Shown here in pieces: positions 55,959 to 57,406 of a DNA stretch of 57,406 nucleotides (positions are counted from its first letter, which is position 1; each line of letters begins with the position of its first letter). Origin of the DNA: a virus. Taxonomy: Duplodnaviria; Caudoviricetes. The position numbers and the translations under genes were made by a program. The stretch lies in the IMG/VR virus record IMGVR_UViG_3300027668_000001, positions 1-57,406 of that record, one strand, 5' to 3'. Under the pieces are notes generated by a model. The model did no database searches and was not told where the DNA came from. It was given only the letters and a program-made list of their open reading frames with translations.

Positions 55959-56318
55959 GACAATCTGTAGTTATATTGTAGTATATTTTAGGATTCTGTG
56001 TGTATCTGTACAGATTGGAGTACCCCCTAGGTGCTTTGAGGTACATTGAGTGGCTTAGAGAGAGCCTGTAAGTATTGTTTTTATATTAAGTACCCTCATA
56101 TATCTCACAGTACCCCCTCAATCTCTCTAAGGTATCCCTGATGGGGATGGAGTCTCTGAGAGCCCTCAAGGGGTCTCTCATAGCCTCTAAGGTTCTCTCA
56201 GGTACTGTGAGGTACTCTGAGGTATCATAGCTCTGTGAGGTTCTCTGGTGGCATAGGCACTAGCGGGAGGATCGATGTACTGTGAGAACTTCGAGAGACT
56301 GTGGGGCAATGGCATCCT

Positions 56319-56343
56319 ATTCTCTAAGTTCCTTATAGGGAGA
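56319..56343 (+). promoter_or_regulatory. Late-type phage promoter in the non-coding end region
   Basis: ATTCTCTAAGTTCCTTATAGGGAGA; the 3' end TATAGGGAGA is identical to the T7 class III initiation region. Confidence 0.8.
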
Positions 56344-56529
56344 AGCTATCCAAGCCTGCCCCTATCCATTAGGTTACTATATATATCTATACTCTCTAAG
56401 TCTCTCTCAGCTCTATCTCAGTATCTCTCAGTGTCTCTCAGTACCTATCAGATAAGACCCAAGCTATGTGTTCTCTTGGTGTCTATTAGGTCTTGTAGAT
56501 GCTAAATGTCATTAGGTTGTAGAGTAAGT

Positions 56530-56552
56530 AATCAGTCCACAGGGGCCTGATT
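56530..56552 (+). promoter_or_regulatory. Conserved hairpin element (putative first virion-RNAP promoter)
   Basis: AATCAGTCC-ACAGG-GGCCTGATT upstream of the first early gene. Confidence 0.6.
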
Positions 56553-56558
56553 TGCAGA

Positions 56559-56676
56559 GGTGTTGTGGGGGTTTCCCTCTCTGCCCTCTCTGCTTTCTCT
56601 CTTGCCTCTCTGTCTCTCTGTCTCTTCCGCCCTCTGCCTGCTCCGCTTCTCTCTGGGGTTGGTCTGGGGGTGGGTC
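56559..56676 (+). other. 118-nt adenine-free, CT-rich tract flanked by G runs
   Basis: No A between 56558 and 56677. Confidence 0.9.
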
Positions 56677-56717
56677 AGACCGACAAGGCACCAACATATA
56701 TCTTGAAAGGATATACC

Positions 56718-56900
56718 ATGCTTATGACAAATACTGAAGTAATGAACACTATAGCACTCGCATATATAGCCAATGACCTTTGTGGTGAAAAGGATATATT
56801 CTGGACCGCAGACGGTGAGCCAATTGTGTATGTTCAGAACAACCACAGTGAATACTACCACTTCGAAGGTGGGTTCTACGACTGTGAAGATAGCTACTAA
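56718..56900 (+). CDS. First early hypothetical protein (60 aa)
   Basis: Preceded by the 3' part of the early repeat (TATATCTTGAAAGGATATACCATG). Confidence 0.75.
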   Translation: MLMTNTEVMNTIALAYIANDLCGEKDIFWTADGEPIVYVQNNHSEYYHFEGGFYDCEDSY

Positions 56901-56980
56901 GTCTTTTTGTTTCAGCAATCGTTATGGTTGCTGTTTCATAAACACTTAACCCAACCTATATCTTGAAAGGATATACCATG
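56898..56980 (+). repeat. Early intergenic repeat, copy C
   Basis: Near-identical to 50..127 with a 5-nt insertion. Confidence 0.95.
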
Positions 56981-57331
56981 AAATTCCCAACGTCAGATAA
57001 GATCATCCTTCGTGCTGCTAAGCGTCTAGCCATACTTGAGGCAGGTGACAAACTTGGCAACGATGTGTGGATCAACAATCCCAAAGCAGATGCTTTAGGT
57101 GATTTCTTTCTAACTTGCTCAAAGAGCGAACTAATACGAATAGTTAAACTATCTCGTGTATGCCCAGATTACGCCTATGAAGCTCTTGACATTACCTATT
57201 TCAACGATGCGGTAACTAAAGCCGATAACAAAGAAGGCGCATTCTTAGATTTCTATTCTAAATTCAACTTGGAACCTAGAGACCTTGCACAAGATCAAAG
57301 ACAAATCTCACTCTTTAGAAGTTTCAACTAA
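56978..57331 (+). CDS. Early hypothetical protein
   Basis: ATG 56978 sits at the end of repeat C; the stop is the first codon of repeat A. Confidence 0.8.
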   Translation: MKFPTSDKIILRAAKRLAILEAGDKLGNDVWINNPKADALGDFFLTCSKSELIRIVKLSRVCPDYAYEALDITYFNDAVTKADNKEGAFLDFYSKFNLEPRDLAQDQRQISLFRSFN

Positions 57332-57406
57332 GTCTTTTTGTTTCAGCAATCGTAATGGTTGCTGTTTCATAAACACTTAACCTATATCTAGAAAGGATAT
57401 ATTATG

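Noticed and set aside
56512-56918. Minus-strand ORFs and upstream extensions crossing the CT tract
   Set aside because: The low-complexity tract lacks stop codons by composition. The credible start is ATG 56718 with an SD.
57280-57406. 127-bp terminal direct repeat as the biological DTR
   Set aside because: The length matches a common assembler k-mer and it cuts through a gene. It is treated as a circularisation overlap.
1-57406. tRNA genes, integrase/repressor, reverse transcriptase or DGR
   Set aside because: None recognised by eye. tRNAscan-SE and HMM searches would be needed to exclude them formally.

Overview
This window is a complete, circularly assembled genome (about 57.3 kb; 127-bp end overlap) of a lytic T7-supergroup-like podovirus. 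The host is probably a marine alphaproteobacterium, inferred from the DUF1127, CbtB and B12-dependent RNR genes. The plus strand (about 56.5 kb through the contig start to 16.66 kb) carries early gene cassettes, nucleotide-metabolism and replication genes, and ends in a T7-like RNA polymerase. The minus strand (55.9 kb down to 16.7 kb) carries terminase, portal, scaffold, SU10/DUF5309-type capsid, several tail fibres, an inserted class II RNR and three large internal virion proteins. The main candidate system is a two-polymerase, two-promoter transcription programme. The last internal virion protein (1167 aa) retains every single-subunit RNAP catalytic motif and looks like a stand-alone, N4-like virion RNAP. 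Four conserved 23-bp hairpins with covarying stems head the plus-strand units. A separate linear T7-like promoter (TAAGTTCCTTATAG, 5 copies) heads the late units. Other observations are an unannotated CbtB cobalt-transporter peptide, a 118-nt tract with no A, stop-to-start repeats separating early genes, a three-hairpin ncRNA candidate, a pseudoknotted late leader and a thermonuclease-like domain on an ejected protein. All calls come from reading motifs by eye; no searches were run.
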